This document shows positions 8,606 through 18,299 of a stretch of DNA of 64,000 nucleotides, in pieces. The notes under the pieces were generated by a model. It made no database searches, was not told the origin of the DNA, and saw only the letters and a list, made by a program, of their open reading frames with translations. The stretch is from contig CANOTJ010000003.1 in assembly GCA_947570175.1 (NCBI GenBank), positions 24,083 to 88,082 on the forward strand. Reading direction: 5' to 3'. Origin of the DNA: an uncultured Mycoplasmatota bacterium (GTDB taxonomy: Bacteria > Bacillota_I > Bacilli_A > RF39 > UBA660). Each line of letters opens with the position of its first letter. The first letter of the stretch is position 1. The position numbers and the translations under genes are program-made.

Positions 8606-9179
8606 CATACAACAAAATTTAAAGATAAATTATAAACATAATTATAGTGGAATGTCGTGTATGACAGTCTTTGATGGACTCGGGAAAATGTTAAATCAGA
8701 TCAATGATGAAGAGGCCGAATATATTTATAATTCATTAGTTGGAAATCCAGATAGATGTGTAAAAGAATTAAGAAAAGAAAATAAAGAATTGTTTATTGA
8801 TGCATTAAAGGCACGAGGAAAATTAAATCGAATAATAAAAAGATTAGAAAATAAAAACCAAATTATTGTTATAACTGAAATGGGAACAATAACTTATTCA
8901 AAATTAAGATTGGCCATGTTTTGGTTAACACATAGCAATGATGATTTTTATGTAACATTTGGTTTTAGTTGGGTGCCAGATTCTAAATTACAAGATGCTG
9001 CTAGAAATGAATTAAATAAAAGTATGACTGTAGGTATCGATTTTTCAAAAGGGGAATCGTATCAAGTAGAAGAAATAAAAATAATTCCACCTAAAATAAT
9101 TGATTTAAATAAAATTGATGAGATTCATGATTTAACACAATTTACATCAGAAATGTTTCAGAAAGGATTCAGGAATTAA
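8598..9179 (+). CDS. Phage hypothetical protein
   Basis: Overlaps recombinase stop. Confidence 0.65.
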   Translation: MNSIQQNLKINYKHNYSGMSCMTVFDGLGKMLNQINDEEAEYIYNSLVGNPDRCVKELRKENKELFIDALKARGKLNRIIKRLENKNQIIVITEMGTITYSKLRLAMFWLTHSNDDFYVTFGFSWVPDSKLQDAARNELNKSMTVGIDFSKGESYQVEEIKIIPPKIIDLNKIDEIHDLTQFTSEMFQKGFRN

Positions 9180-9181
9180 CT

Positions 9182-9415
9182 ATGAGTATAGTATTAGTTA
9201 AATGCATTAATTACAAGGAACTAGAAGATTTAACAAATTCTTTATTAAGAACTTTTAAATTGATGGGAGCTCCTTTTAGATACAATAAAAGAAAAAATGA
9301 AATCGTTGTTGATGAAACAAAGTTTAAATTCGTAACTGTGCAGCAAAATATCGTTGGCATTAGATATAATCGTGTTATGAATGCTTACGACTTTTACAAG
9401 GATGGTGTTAAATGA
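9182..9415 (+). CDS. Phage hypothetical protein
   Basis: Coupled ORF. Confidence 0.6.
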   Translation: MSIVLVKCINYKELEDLTNSLLRTFKLMGAPFRYNKRKNEIVVDETKFKFVTVQQNIVGIRYNRVMNAYDFYKDGVK

Positions 9416-9654
9416 AATTTATATTAGCGATATTAGTTGCATTATCATGGATTATATTATTATCTGTTAAATCTAAAAAACCAGAGGATCCATTAATCCA
9501 ATTAAGAGAAGAATTAGAATTTGTAGATTTAGATCCTAGCGAAATAAATGATATTTTAGAGAAATATAAAAGCAGTTATTCCTATACTTGTTATGAATTG
9601 AAAAAAGCATATTATGAACTAGGACAAGCTATCAAAAATTCCTTTAAAAAATAG
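9412..9654 (+). CDS. Phage membrane-anchored protein
   Basis: N-terminal hydrophobic helix; stop lies at start of repeat copy 2. Confidence 0.6.
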   Translation: MKFILAILVALSWIILLSVKSKKPEDPLIQLREELEFVDLDPSEINDILEKYKSSYSYTCYELKKAYYELGQAIKNSFKK

Positions 9655-9770
9655 TAAAAAGTATCAAGTATAAAAAATAAGGCATAACCCCTTATAAATA
9701 CTAGCAAAAATCAAGTTTATATAGGTGCAATATAACATTGTGATTATCTTGCATCAAATAATAAAGAAAA
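9647..9770 (+). repeat. 124-bp imperfect direct repeat, copy 2 (core 9724-9755)
   Basis: Core GGTGCAATATAAC-ATTGTG-ATTATCTTGCATC. Confidence 0.92.
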
Positions 9771-9782
9771 GAGGTGTCCTAA

Positions 9783-10316
9783 TTGGAAGAAATAATTTTA
9801 CAAACAGAAAAAAACACAACAATTATTGATCCAGAAAAATTTTCTGCTGAAATGTTGCAATTGATGAATATTTATGAATGTGTTAAAAACAAAACAAAAA
9901 ACTTTGATAGGCCTGATTTTGTTAAAGAAATACAAATGCAAATTAATGAAAATAGAAGATTATCACGAGATTTAAAAACTGTTCAAAGAAGATTACAGCA
10001 TTTGCTGATCTCTAATACAATTTCAATGTATGATAGGTATGATCCTAAAACTAAAGATTATATGTACGATATTACGAAATTCGATGATCTGTATGAAAAA
10101 ATAGAAGAAAATAAACAAAATCTAACTATAATTGTGACATTAAATGAAGAACAAATGAATGATATTAACAATCAAATTCTAGAAGTTAAAAATGATTACG
10201 AATCCAGAATCAACAATACTATTGATTATGTAAAATATTGTTTAGAACATTCATGTACAGTTGATGAAATAGAAATATTGAATAAATTAGGCTATAATAA
10301 AGATACAGAAGAATAA
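9783..10316 (+). CDS. Phage hypothetical protein
   Basis: TTG start after GAGGTG. Confidence 0.65.
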   Translation: MEEIILQTEKNTTIIDPEKFSAEMLQLMNIYECVKNKTKNFDRPDFVKEIQMQINENRRLSRDLKTVQRRLQHLLISNTISMYDRYDPKTKDYMYDITKFDDLYEKIEENKQNLTIIVTLNEEQMNDINNQILEVKNDYESRINNTIDYVKYCLEHSCTVDEIEILNKLGYNKDTEE

Positions 10317-10406
10317 TTCAAAATTAATGAAAGGAGCTAACTAAAGACATCCCTTTAGTATTGTAAAATTCATCATAAAAAGGATAACAAAGGAAAGGGT
10401 GTCAAA

Positions 10407-10859
10407 ATGGAAAAAAAGAAAGAATTAACAAAAGAAGAAAAAGCAAAAAAAATAAAAATTAAGCTTTTAAAACAAGTGTACTGGGATGAAAAAGATTTAA
10501 AAAGATTAGAGGATAAATTAGAAAAAATAACCATAAAAATAGAATCAATAAGATCTAGTAATATAAGTTCAATGCCAAAAAGCAGTGGTCTAGCACAAGA
10601 TATTAGCGATTTATTGGGGCAACAGGAAGAATACCAAAGTTTGATTATTAAAAAAATAATGAAGTTAGAAAAAAGTAGGCAAAAAGCAGAAGCTTCAATA
10701 GACACCCTAGAAGATTCAAGATTAAAATTAATATTAAATTATGTATATCTAGAAGATATGACTTTTAAGGAAATTGCGGTTGATTTAAGAAAATCCGAAA
10801 GACATATTAGAAGACTACATGATATAGCAATTCGATTAATGAAAATAGTTAAAAATTAG
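10407..10859 (+). CDS. Late-gene transcriptional activator (ArpU/RinA-like, sigma70 region-4 HTH)
   Basis: ILNYVYLEDMTFKEIAVDLRKSERHIRRLHDIA; last early gene before packaging module. Confidence 0.8.
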   Translation: MEKKKELTKEEKAKKIKIKLLKQVYWDEKDLKRLEDKLEKITIKIESIRSSNISSMPKSSGLAQDISDLLGQQEEYQSLIIKKIMKLEKSRQKAEASIDTLEDSRLKLILNYVYLEDMTFKEIAVDLRKSERHIRRLHDIAIRLMKIVKN

Positions 10860-10884
10860 GTATTAATAATTGCTTAATTTTTTA

Positions 10885-10950
10885 TATGTCCTAAAATGTC
10901 CTAGAATGGTCGCTTTTGTCCATTCATGTCACTAAAATATGTGTTATTAT
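10885..10950 (+). promoter_or_regulatory. Putative late promoter with 10-bp-phased TGTC activator sites
   Basis: TGTC at 10887, 10897, 10917, 10927 (TGGT at 10907), then TG-n-TATTAT. Confidence 0.65.
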
Positions 10951-11056
10951 GGTATTGTCATAAAAGACATTAAGAGTTCGCCCCTTACTTTTATGATAAT
11001 GATTAAGACATCAGAAATGGTGTCTTTTTCTAATGATTTTTTAGGAGGCGATAAAT

Positions 11057-11491
11057 ATGGTAATGAAAATATGCCGAAAATGTGGCAGTTTGATTCCATA
11101 CCCTTATACATATTGTGATAAGTGTCAAAATGAATATAACAGAAATAGAGAACAACAGTTAAAAGAATCTAAAAAGAAATATGATGCTAATTACAATAAA
11201 TATAAGCGAAATAAGGAACATGCCAAGTTCTATAACTCTGATGAATGGAAAATGCTTAAAGAGAAGTACCTACAGGACCAACAATACAGATGTGAAAAAT
11301 GTGAGGAAATACACAAGATAAATCCTAAACATAAGAGAAGAGTAGCTGTAGAAGTACATCATATTAAGTGGTTATCTACACCAGAGGGATGGGAAAGGCG
11401 ATTAGACTACACTAATCTAATGGCTTTATGTCATGCACACCATGATGAGATGCATGGTAGATTCCAAAAGAAAAAGAAAAGAAGTATATAA
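11057..11491 (+). CDS. HNH endonuclease (packaging-associated)
   Basis: FYNSDEW...CEKC...EVHHI...NLMALCHAHH. Confidence 0.9.
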   Translation: MVMKICRKCGSLIPYPYTYCDKCQNEYNRNREQQLKESKKKYDANYNKYKRNKEHAKFYNSDEWKMLKEKYLQDQQYRCEKCEEIHKINPKHKRRVAVEVHHIKWLSTPEGWERRLDYTNLMALCHAHHDEMHGRFQKKKKRSI

Positions 11492-11553
11492 AGTAGCTGC
11501 TGCTATTTTATATAAAGTAAGTAAATAAGGTTATTTACTATCAAAGTTAGGAG

Positions 11554-11958
11554 GTGGATCAAATGAGATTAGTTATTATTACAAAAAGATATGATAGTTC
11601 TGTAATAAATCAAAAGGTACAACCTACACCATTAGATGCAGATGGTAATCCAAAGTATGCAATCTATCTATCAGATGAGAGAGCACAAGTTTTAATTGAT
11701 GCTGGTGTTGCAGAAGAATATGTAACAGAAGATCTAATAGTAGATGATTCTAATGATGGTGTATCTGATTCTGATACTAATGAGGGTAGTGCTATTACTG
11801 ACAGCAATCCAGATGATTCAAATGCAGATGATAATATCGATGGCGCTGCTAATGATGAAGATTCAAATGCAGATGATTCAAACGAAGATGAATCAGAAGG
11901 ACAATCAAAAGATACTAAATCTAAAAGTAATTCAAAGAAGAATAAATCAAGTAAATAA
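11554..11958 (+). CDS. Acidic low-complexity protein
   Basis: GGAGG RBS; D/S/N-rich with repeated DSNADD; basic tail. Confidence 0.65.
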   Translation: MDQMRLVIITKRYDSSVINQKVQPTPLDADGNPKYAIYLSDERAQVLIDAGVAEEYVTEDLIVDDSNDGVSDSDTNEGSAITDSNPDDSNADDNIDGAANDEDSNADDSNEDESEGQSKDTKSKSNSKKNKSSK

Positions 11959-12092
11959 TATTGGCCGTTTAACTGCACCTTATTAAACCGCATTTAAAGG
12001 CCTTATAAGAAGAGTTCACTTTATCACGACCAATGATACTATTTATCTTTTTATTTAGCATTATTTTTTATATATGCTAGGTATAAAGTGAG

Positions 12093-12170
12093 AGGGGTGG
12101 TCGAAAAAGTATTTAGGTTTTATAGGATATCGGTGCAAGGTGAGTATTTTGTAGCAAAAACTCCCCACGA
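12093..12170 (+). other. Putative cos region (candidate overhang CGGTGCAAGG, 12131-12140)
   Basis: GC-rich GGGGTGGTCGAAAA...CGGTGCAAGG...GCAAAAACTCCCC between HNH and terS. Confidence 0.5.
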
Positions 12171-12189
12171 GAAATTAAGGAGGTGTCGC

Positions 12190-12669
12190 ATGGCTGGTCA
12201 AAAACAACCTATAGATTTGGTTATTGCTAAAGGGAAAAAGCACTTAACTAAAGAAGAAATTAATACAAGAAAAAATCAAGAAATTAGTGTGCCTTTTGTT
12301 GACATCCAAGCTCCATCATATCTTCCTAAAAACTTACAGAAAGAATTTGATGAGATAGCGGCTAAATTAAAGTTCTTAAATATAATGACAGAATTAGATG
12401 AGGACTGTCTCGCCAGATATCTTTTATCTAAAAGAAATTACTTGAAAATAACAAGAAAACTAAATAGCATCATTACAAAAAAAGATGTTAAAGTATCTGA
12501 AATAGATGGTTTAATATCTATCCAAGATAAGTTATTTAAACAATGTCGTTCAGCCGCTGGTGATTTAGGTTTGTCAATATCTAGTAGATGTAAGTTAATA
12601 GTGCCTGTTGATCCTACACCACCAAAAAAGAATAAGTTCGATAAGTTTAGTAACAATTTAGATGATTGA
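12190..12669 (+). CDS. terS: Terminase small subunit (P27 family)
   Basis: AGGAGG RBS before ATG 12190; APSYL...AGDLGLSISSRCKL. Confidence 0.9.
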   Translation: MAGQKQPIDLVIAKGKKHLTKEEINTRKNQEISVPFVDIQAPSYLPKNLQKEFDEIAAKLKFLNIMTELDEDCLARYLLSKRNYLKITRKLNSIITKKDVKVSEIDGLISIQDKLFKQCRSAAGDLGLSISSRCKLIVPVDPTPPKKNKFDKFSNNLDD

Positions 12670-14383
12670 TAGAGTTACAGAATATGCTAGAGCAGTAGTC
12701 GCAGGCAAAGTAATTGCGGGAACACCGCATATACAAGCATGTCAAAGACATTTAAGAGATTTAGAAAGACAAAACACAGAAGAGTTTCCCTATCATTGGG
12801 ATATAAAAAGGGCGAATAGAATTCTTGAATATGCAGAAATGTTAACTATTGCGGAAGGTGAGGAACCTATCCAGGTTAAATTAAGAGGTTTTCAAGATTT
12901 TGATTTAGGATGTCGTTTTGGATGGTTAAATCAAAAGAATAAAAGGCGATTCAGAAGATCTTATATATCAAAAGCAAGACAAAATGGTAAAAGTTTTGAA
13001 AATGGTATTATAGGAACTTATGTTGCAGGTTTTGGCGGTTATAATTATGGTAAATTATTTACTGTTGCCACTAAAAAAAGACAAGCTAAAATTGCTTGGG
13101 AAGAAATGGCAAAATTTATTCAGGCCGATGAGGATTTATCGGAAAAATTTAAGGTTTATGATTATAAATCATTAATTCGAGCTTTAGAAACCCAATGTAC
13201 CATTGAGGCACTTTCTCGTGAGGGTGGATTAGATGATGGTTTTAGAGGTATCTTTATTTCAGTTGATGAAATTCATCAACATAAAGATAATAAAATCTAT
13301 AAGGCATTATACAATGGAACTCGTGCATTAGATGAAACTTTAGTATCTATGATCACCACTCGTGGTGACAAATTAAATTCATTTTGTTATGAGATGGATA
13401 GTTATTGTTTAGATATCCTAAATGGGACAGCTACTGCAGAGGATTTTTTTGTTGATATATATACTTTAGATAAAGGCGATAATCTATTCGATCCTAAAAA
13501 TTTCATAAAAGCGAATCCGTTTTTAGCAGGTAATGAGGATGGATTAAATCAATTAATCATCGAGGCACAAACTGCTAAAGATATGGGTGGTAGTGAATTA
13601 AGAGATTTTATGACTAAAAGTCTTAATATGTGGGTTAGAAATGCTGATGATCAGTATGTTGATCCAGATAAATTAAAAAAATGTGCTAGAAATAAAAAGT
13701 TAGATTTAATGAGAGGAAAAGAATGCTATATCGGACTCGACTTGTCGGGAGGCGGAGACTTAACTACTTTATCATTAGAATTTCCTTTAGATGATGGCCA
13801 TTTTTATACATATTCACATTCATTTATGCCTAAAGGTAGATTAGAGGAACACATCGAAACAGACACTGCCCCATATGATATTTGGGCCAATAAGAAATTA
13901 ATTACTGTAACAGGTGGACAAATGGATTTCAAAAATGATTATAAGTTTATAGTTAAACATTTGAAAGATATTATAAGTGAATATGAATTACAACCACAAG
14001 CATGCGGATACGATCCGCACAATGCAGATGGTTTTTTGGCAGATTTAGAAGAATTAGGATGTCCACTAATTATGGTTACACAATCTGCTAGATTTCTAAA
14101 CGATGCTACAGTTGATATGAGATTAAATATCAAGTCTGAAAAATTTGAGTACGATCAAGAAAACGAATTATTATCTTGGTCGTTTTCTAATGCAGCTGTC
14201 GTTGAAAATTCATTCGGTGAAATTAAAATTGATAAGAAAGTGGGAGCTAAAACCAAAAGAATAGATCCAATTGATGCATGTATCAATGCCCATGTTGCTT
14301 ATCAAAAATGTAATGAAATCGAAAACCAAGATTTAGAGAAAAATATGGAAGAATATTTATCCTTAATGGGTTGGGATAAATAG
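12662..14383 (+). CDS. terL: Terminase large subunit
   Basis: ARQNGKS Walker A, SVDEIH Walker B, IGLDLS nuclease, RIDPIDA. Confidence 0.97.
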   Translation: MIDRVTEYARAVVAGKVIAGTPHIQACQRHLRDLERQNTEEFPYHWDIKRANRILEYAEMLTIAEGEEPIQVKLRGFQDFDLGCRFGWLNQKNKRRFRRSYISKARQNGKSFENGIIGTYVAGFGGYNYGKLFTVATKKRQAKIAWEEMAKFIQADEDLSEKFKVYDYKSLIRALETQCTIEALSREGGLDDGFRGIFISVDEIHQHKDNKIYKALYNGTRALDETLVSMITTRGDKLNSFCYEMDSYCLDILNGTATAEDFFVDIYTLDKGDNLFDPKNFIKANPFLAGNEDGLNQLIIEAQTAKDMGGSELRDFMTKSLNMWVRNADDQYVDPDKLKKCARNKKLDLMRGKECYIGLDLSGGGDLTTLSLEFPLDDGHFYTYSHSFMPKGRLEEHIETDTAPYDIWANKKLITVTGGQMDFKNDYKFIVKHLKDIISEYELQPQACGYDPHNADGFLADLEELGCPLIMVTQSARFLNDATVDMRLNIKSEKFEYDQENELLSWSFSNAAVVENSFGEIKIDKKVGAKTKRIDPIDACINAHVAYQKCNEIENQDLEKNMEEYLSLMGWDK

Positions 14384-14399
14384 AAAGGAGATAGATTTT

Positions 14400-15668
14400 A
14401 TGTTTAACAATTTCAAAAAAGTTATAAAGTCACTTACAACATCGAGTACAGAAAAAGAAACAATTACTTTAGAACAATTAATTGATTTTCTAAATCTTAA
14501 TGGTGTTAGTGAAAAAGAATTGTCAGAAGCAACATACTTTGCTTGTTTAAAGATATTAAGTGAATCATTAGGTAAATTGCCATTAAAATTGGTTTCTACA
14601 TCTGATAAAAATGGTGTAGTTGAACAAAAAGAACATCCATTTTATGCAAAGTTGAGATTTAGGCCGAATCGTTTTACGACATCGACTGATTTCTTCGCTG
14701 CAGTAGAAATGAATCGTAATCATTATGGTAATTCTTATGTATGGATAACAAACAAGAAAAAACAAGAAGATCAAGAGTTGATTCTTTTGCCAAGCGAAAG
14801 TGTAGAAGTTTGGTATGATGATGGAAAAATTCTATCTGATATACCAGATGTTTATTACATTTATAGAGTTGGTACTCATAGATATGTATTTTCTAGTGAA
14901 GAGATCCTACACTTTAAAACATCTAGTTCCTTTGATGGTATTAAAGGTTTAAGTGTAAGAGAGCAATTAAAGGCAACCATTACTGGTGGTCAAAAATCAC
15001 AAGAAATGGTTAATAAATTAATCGAAAGTGGTTTTACTGCTAAAGCTGTTCTTCAATATACAGGAAATTTAAATGAAGACAGTGCAAAAAAATTTACTGC
15101 TAATCTAGAAAAATATGCTACTGGTGAAGTAGATGCATTAAAATCTATTATTCCTATACCACTAGGATCAAAATTAGATCCATTAAATATTAAACTTGGT
15201 GATAATGAATTTATGGAAATTAAAAAATATAATGCTTTACAAATTGCAAGTGCTTTTGGTATAAAACCAAACCAAATAAATGACTATTCAAAAAGTAGTT
15301 ATGCAAGTGCAGAGGCACAACAATTAGCATTCTATGTTGATACTCTTTTGTTCATATTAAAACAGTATGAGGAAGAACTGACATATAAGCTTTTAACTGA
15401 TGCTGAAATTAAAAGAGGATTAAAATTTAAATTTAATGTATCAGTTATTTTAAGAGCTGATTTAAAAACTCAAATTGAGAGTTTATCAAAAGGTGTTGCC
15501 AATTTTATATATACCCCTAATGAGGCGAGAGCTTATCTAGATTTAGAGGCCAAAGCAGGAGGGGACAAATTAATTGGTAATGGTGCAATGATTCCTGCTG
15601 AATTAGTAGGAACACAGTACCAACAAAAAAATGCTAATGGAGGAGGTGATACTGATGGACAAGAATAA
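14400..15668 (+). CDS. Portal protein, HK97 family
   Basis: EILHFK, IASAFGIKP, YTPNEARAYL. Confidence 0.95.
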   Translation: MFNNFKKVIKSLTTSSTEKETITLEQLIDFLNLNGVSEKELSEATYFACLKILSESLGKLPLKLVSTSDKNGVVEQKEHPFYAKLRFRPNRFTTSTDFFAAVEMNRNHYGNSYVWITNKKKQEDQELILLPSESVEVWYDDGKILSDIPDVYYIYRVGTHRYVFSSEEILHFKTSSSFDGIKGLSVREQLKATITGGQKSQEMVNKLIESGFTAKAVLQYTGNLNEDSAKKFTANLEKYATGEVDALKSIIPIPLGSKLDPLNIKLGDNEFMEIKKYNALQIASAFGIKPNQINDYSKSSYASAEAQQLAFYVDTLLFILKQYEEELTYKLLTDAEIKRGLKFKFNVSVILRADLKTQIESLSKGVANFIYTPNEARAYLDLEAKAGGDKLIGNGAMIPAELVGTQYQQKNANGGGDTDGQE

Positions 15669-16464
15669 GCAGCTAATTCAAAAGTCTGGAGCTGTTGAAA
15701 GTCAAGAACTAACAGATGAAGAATTAGAAAAAATCAATAAATTTACTCTTAAAAACTTAACTAAAGAAGATATTTATACTTTTAAATTAAGAATCTGTGA
15801 CAATGAGATAGATCGAGATTTTGAGGTATTTCCATTATCAACATTAGAGAAGTTAAAAGATCTATTTATTGGCAAAACTATTATTAAGGATCATTCATCT
15901 AGAGCAGATAATCAAGTTGCTAGAATCTATGATACTGAATTAGTTACAGAAAGCGGTCGTACAAAGACAGCAGAGCCATATACGAGTTTAGTAGCTCATT
16001 GTTATATGGTAAAAACTAAAAGTAACGAAGATCTAATCACTGAAATTGATGCGGGGATTAAAAAAGAAGTATCAGTTGGGTGTGCTATCGGCGAGGTGGT
16101 ATGTTCTATTTGTGGTACAGATAATAGGAAAAGATGGTGTGAACACTGGAATGGAAAAGAATACGATGGAAATATGTGTTATTTTGAATTGAAAAATCCA
16201 ATAGATGCATACGAAGTATCTTTTGTAGCAGTACCAGCACAGCCAAAAGCAGGAACAACAAAAAATTATGGACCTGAAAAAGAGGAACATGATGATGAAA
16301 TTGTTGCTCCTGAAAATAATGACAACAATGATAGTACAGAGAGCAACCAAGATGAAACAAAAAATAATAATTTCAATGAACAAGACTTAATTTCATTAAA
16401 AATGAAAACGATTAAGTCTTTTATTTTCGCACAAAAAAATTTAGATAAGAAAGAGGGAATGTAA
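15655..16464 (+). CDS. Prohead maturation protease
   Basis: KEVSVG and YEVSFVAVPAQ motifs; GGAGGTG RBS before ATG 15655. Confidence 0.85.
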   Translation: MDKNKQLIQKSGAVESQELTDEELEKINKFTLKNLTKEDIYTFKLRICDNEIDRDFEVFPLSTLEKLKDLFIGKTIIKDHSSRADNQVARIYDTELVTESGRTKTAEPYTSLVAHCYMVKTKSNEDLITEIDAGIKKEVSVGCAIGEVVCSICGTDNRKRWCEHWNGKEYDGNMCYFELKNPIDAYEVSFVAVPAQPKAGTTKNYGPEKEEHDDEIVAPENNDNNDSTESNQDETKNNNFNEQDLISLKMKTIKSFIFAQKNLDKKEGM

Positions 16465-16465
16465 A

Positions 16466-17659
16466 ATGAATAAGAAAATGCGAGAAATTTTAAAGAAAAT
16501 TGAAGAAAAAACGATAATTGCAAAAAATTATCAAACTGAAAAGGATTTTGACAAAGCTAAAGAAGTGTTAGATGAAATCGAAAACTTACAAAAAGAATAT
16601 GAAGTAGAGGCAAAATTATTTAATGTTGCTAAAGAAGAAGTAACAGAAGAAAAAGTTGCCGAAGTTAAGGAAGAAAAGAAAGCAGATGGATTCGCTGCTG
16701 TTACTAAAATGGTAACTGGTAGAAGAATGGCTGATGAAGAAAAAGCATTAATCGTTGAGGCAGATCCAACAGCAGAAGATGCACATGGTACCAATTATTT
16801 ACTACCAGAAGATGTTCAACTTGCTATTCGTGAATTAAGAAGAAATTATATGTCTGCTAAAGATTTAGGATTAGTTAATGTTGTTCCAACAACTGCACTA
16901 TCTGGATCAACTAATTTTGAGACAGATGATGATGGATTACTTTCTGATTTTGAAGATGGTGAGGAAGTAGAAGAGGAAGATGGACCAAAATTCAAAAGAG
17001 TTCCATTTGCTATTAAGTTTAAAGGTAAATTAATTTATATCTCTAACATTTTAGCAGGTAATGAAAAAGCTGGTTTAATGAATTATTTAAATAAGTGGTT
17101 CGTTAAAAAAGCAGTTAGAACTGAAAATGTAGATATCTTTAATACATTAAAATCTGGTAAAACTGCTAAAGAAATCACTGGTTTAAATGCTTTAAAAGAG
17201 CACATTAATAAAGATATTGATCCATCATGTGCAATGACTGGTGTGATTATCACAAATCAAACTGGTTTTGCAGAAATGGATAAACAAAAAGATAGAAATG
17301 GTAGAGGTATGTTAGAAGTTGATCCTACTAATAAATCTCGTAAAGTATTCCAAAATATGCCTATCTATGTATTCTCTGATAAGGAACTTAAAAATGTAAG
17401 TGGAAAAGCTCCAATGTTTGTTGGTGCAACAGATGCAGGTTGTGATTTTATGGATAAAGATGGATTAGAATTTGCTACATCTGAACATTTTGCATTTAAT
17501 AAGAATCAAACTACTTTGAGAGTTTTAGAGGGATATGACACAGTTCAAACTGATGTTAATGCATATTCTTATATCACTTATACTGGTGTAGATTGTGAAG
17601 AATCAACAACTATTGTTGTAGAAAAAGAATCAGATAAAACTAATGATCAAACTATATAG
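16466..17659 (+). CDS. Major capsid protein, HK97 family
   Basis: N-terminal coiled delta domain, YLLPED motif, position. Confidence 0.93.
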   Translation: MNKKMREILKKIEEKTIIAKNYQTEKDFDKAKEVLDEIENLQKEYEVEAKLFNVAKEEVTEEKVAEVKEEKKADGFAAVTKMVTGRRMADEEKALIVEADPTAEDAHGTNYLLPEDVQLAIRELRRNYMSAKDLGLVNVVPTTALSGSTNFETDDDGLLSDFEDGEEVEEEDGPKFKRVPFAIKFKGKLIYISNILAGNEKAGLMNYLNKWFVKKAVRTENVDIFNTLKSGKTAKEITGLNALKEHINKDIDPSCAMTGVIITNQTGFAEMDKQKDRNGRGMLEVDPTNKSRKVFQNMPIYVFSDKELKNVSGKAPMFVGATDAGCDFMDKDGLEFATSEHFAFNKNQTTLRVLEGYDTVQTDVNAYSYITYTGVDCEESTTIVVEKESDKTNDQTI

Positions 17660-17674
17660 TTAGGAGGATAGATT

Positions 17675-18031
17675 ATGTCCGCAGTAGCAGAGGTTAAAAA
17701 GCAATCTTTATCAGATACTTTAACTGCTAGTACTGTTAAAGAGGAACTTGGAATCGATACTGCAGATTCTGCAGTTGACAGTAGATTAACTCGTTATATA
17801 AAAGTTGCCGATGCTTACTTAAAAGGGGCAATAAGCGAAACCTATCCTGTCGATGATGAAAGAGCTATTGAACTAGCTCTTTTAGTCATTGAGGATCTAT
17901 ATGATAGGAATTCTACTACAGTAAAAGAAAATATTACCATAGAAAAATTGAAAGCAGATTTTATATTGCAATTGCAAGTAGAGGGTATGGATGATCTTAA
18001 ATCAAAAGATACAAATTCTAAAACTGAATGA
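17675..18031 (+). CDS. Head-tail connector (gp6-like)
   Basis: VKEELGID...DLYDRN; position. Confidence 0.8.
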   Translation: MSAVAEVKKQSLSDTLTASTVKEELGIDTADSAVDSRLTRYIKVADAYLKGAISETYPVDDERAIELALLVIEDLYDRNSTTVKENITIEKLKADFILQLQVEGMDDLKSKDTNSKTE

Positions 18032-18299
18032 TGATAATGATTCCTATAGTGATTATTATTCTTGTCATGCACAAGTTAATAAAACTGGAGGGAATGAATA
18101 TTTAATTGCAGGTGCAGTATCATCTAAAAATAAATTTACATTTATAGTTAGATATTGTGAAGAATTAAAAAATCTACAATTTGATACACAAACATATAGA
18201 ATTGTTTTTAATGGTATTATTTTTAACATTCTAGATGCCGATGATTTTATGCAAAGGCATAAAACTATAAAGATTATTGGTGAGAGTATCAATGGCTAA
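17991..18299 (+). CDS. Head closure / head-tail adaptor
   Basis: FIVRY...RIVFNGIIFNI; position. Confidence 0.8.
   Translation: MILNQKIQILKLNDDNDSYSDYYSCHAQVNKTGGNEYLIAGAVSSKNKFTFIVRYCEELKNLQFDTQTYRIVFNGIIFNILDADDFMQRHKTIKIIGESING

Larger units (their letters stand above)
6788..9755 (+). mobile_element. Putative excisable recombinase cassette nested in the prophage (2,936 bp core to core)
   Basis: Directly repeated palindromic sites flank a tyrosine recombinase and six small ORFs. Confidence 0.65.

Noticed and set aside
12088-12189. N-terminal extension of terS given in the track
   Set aside because: It spans the cos-like region; the strong RBS precedes ATG 12190.
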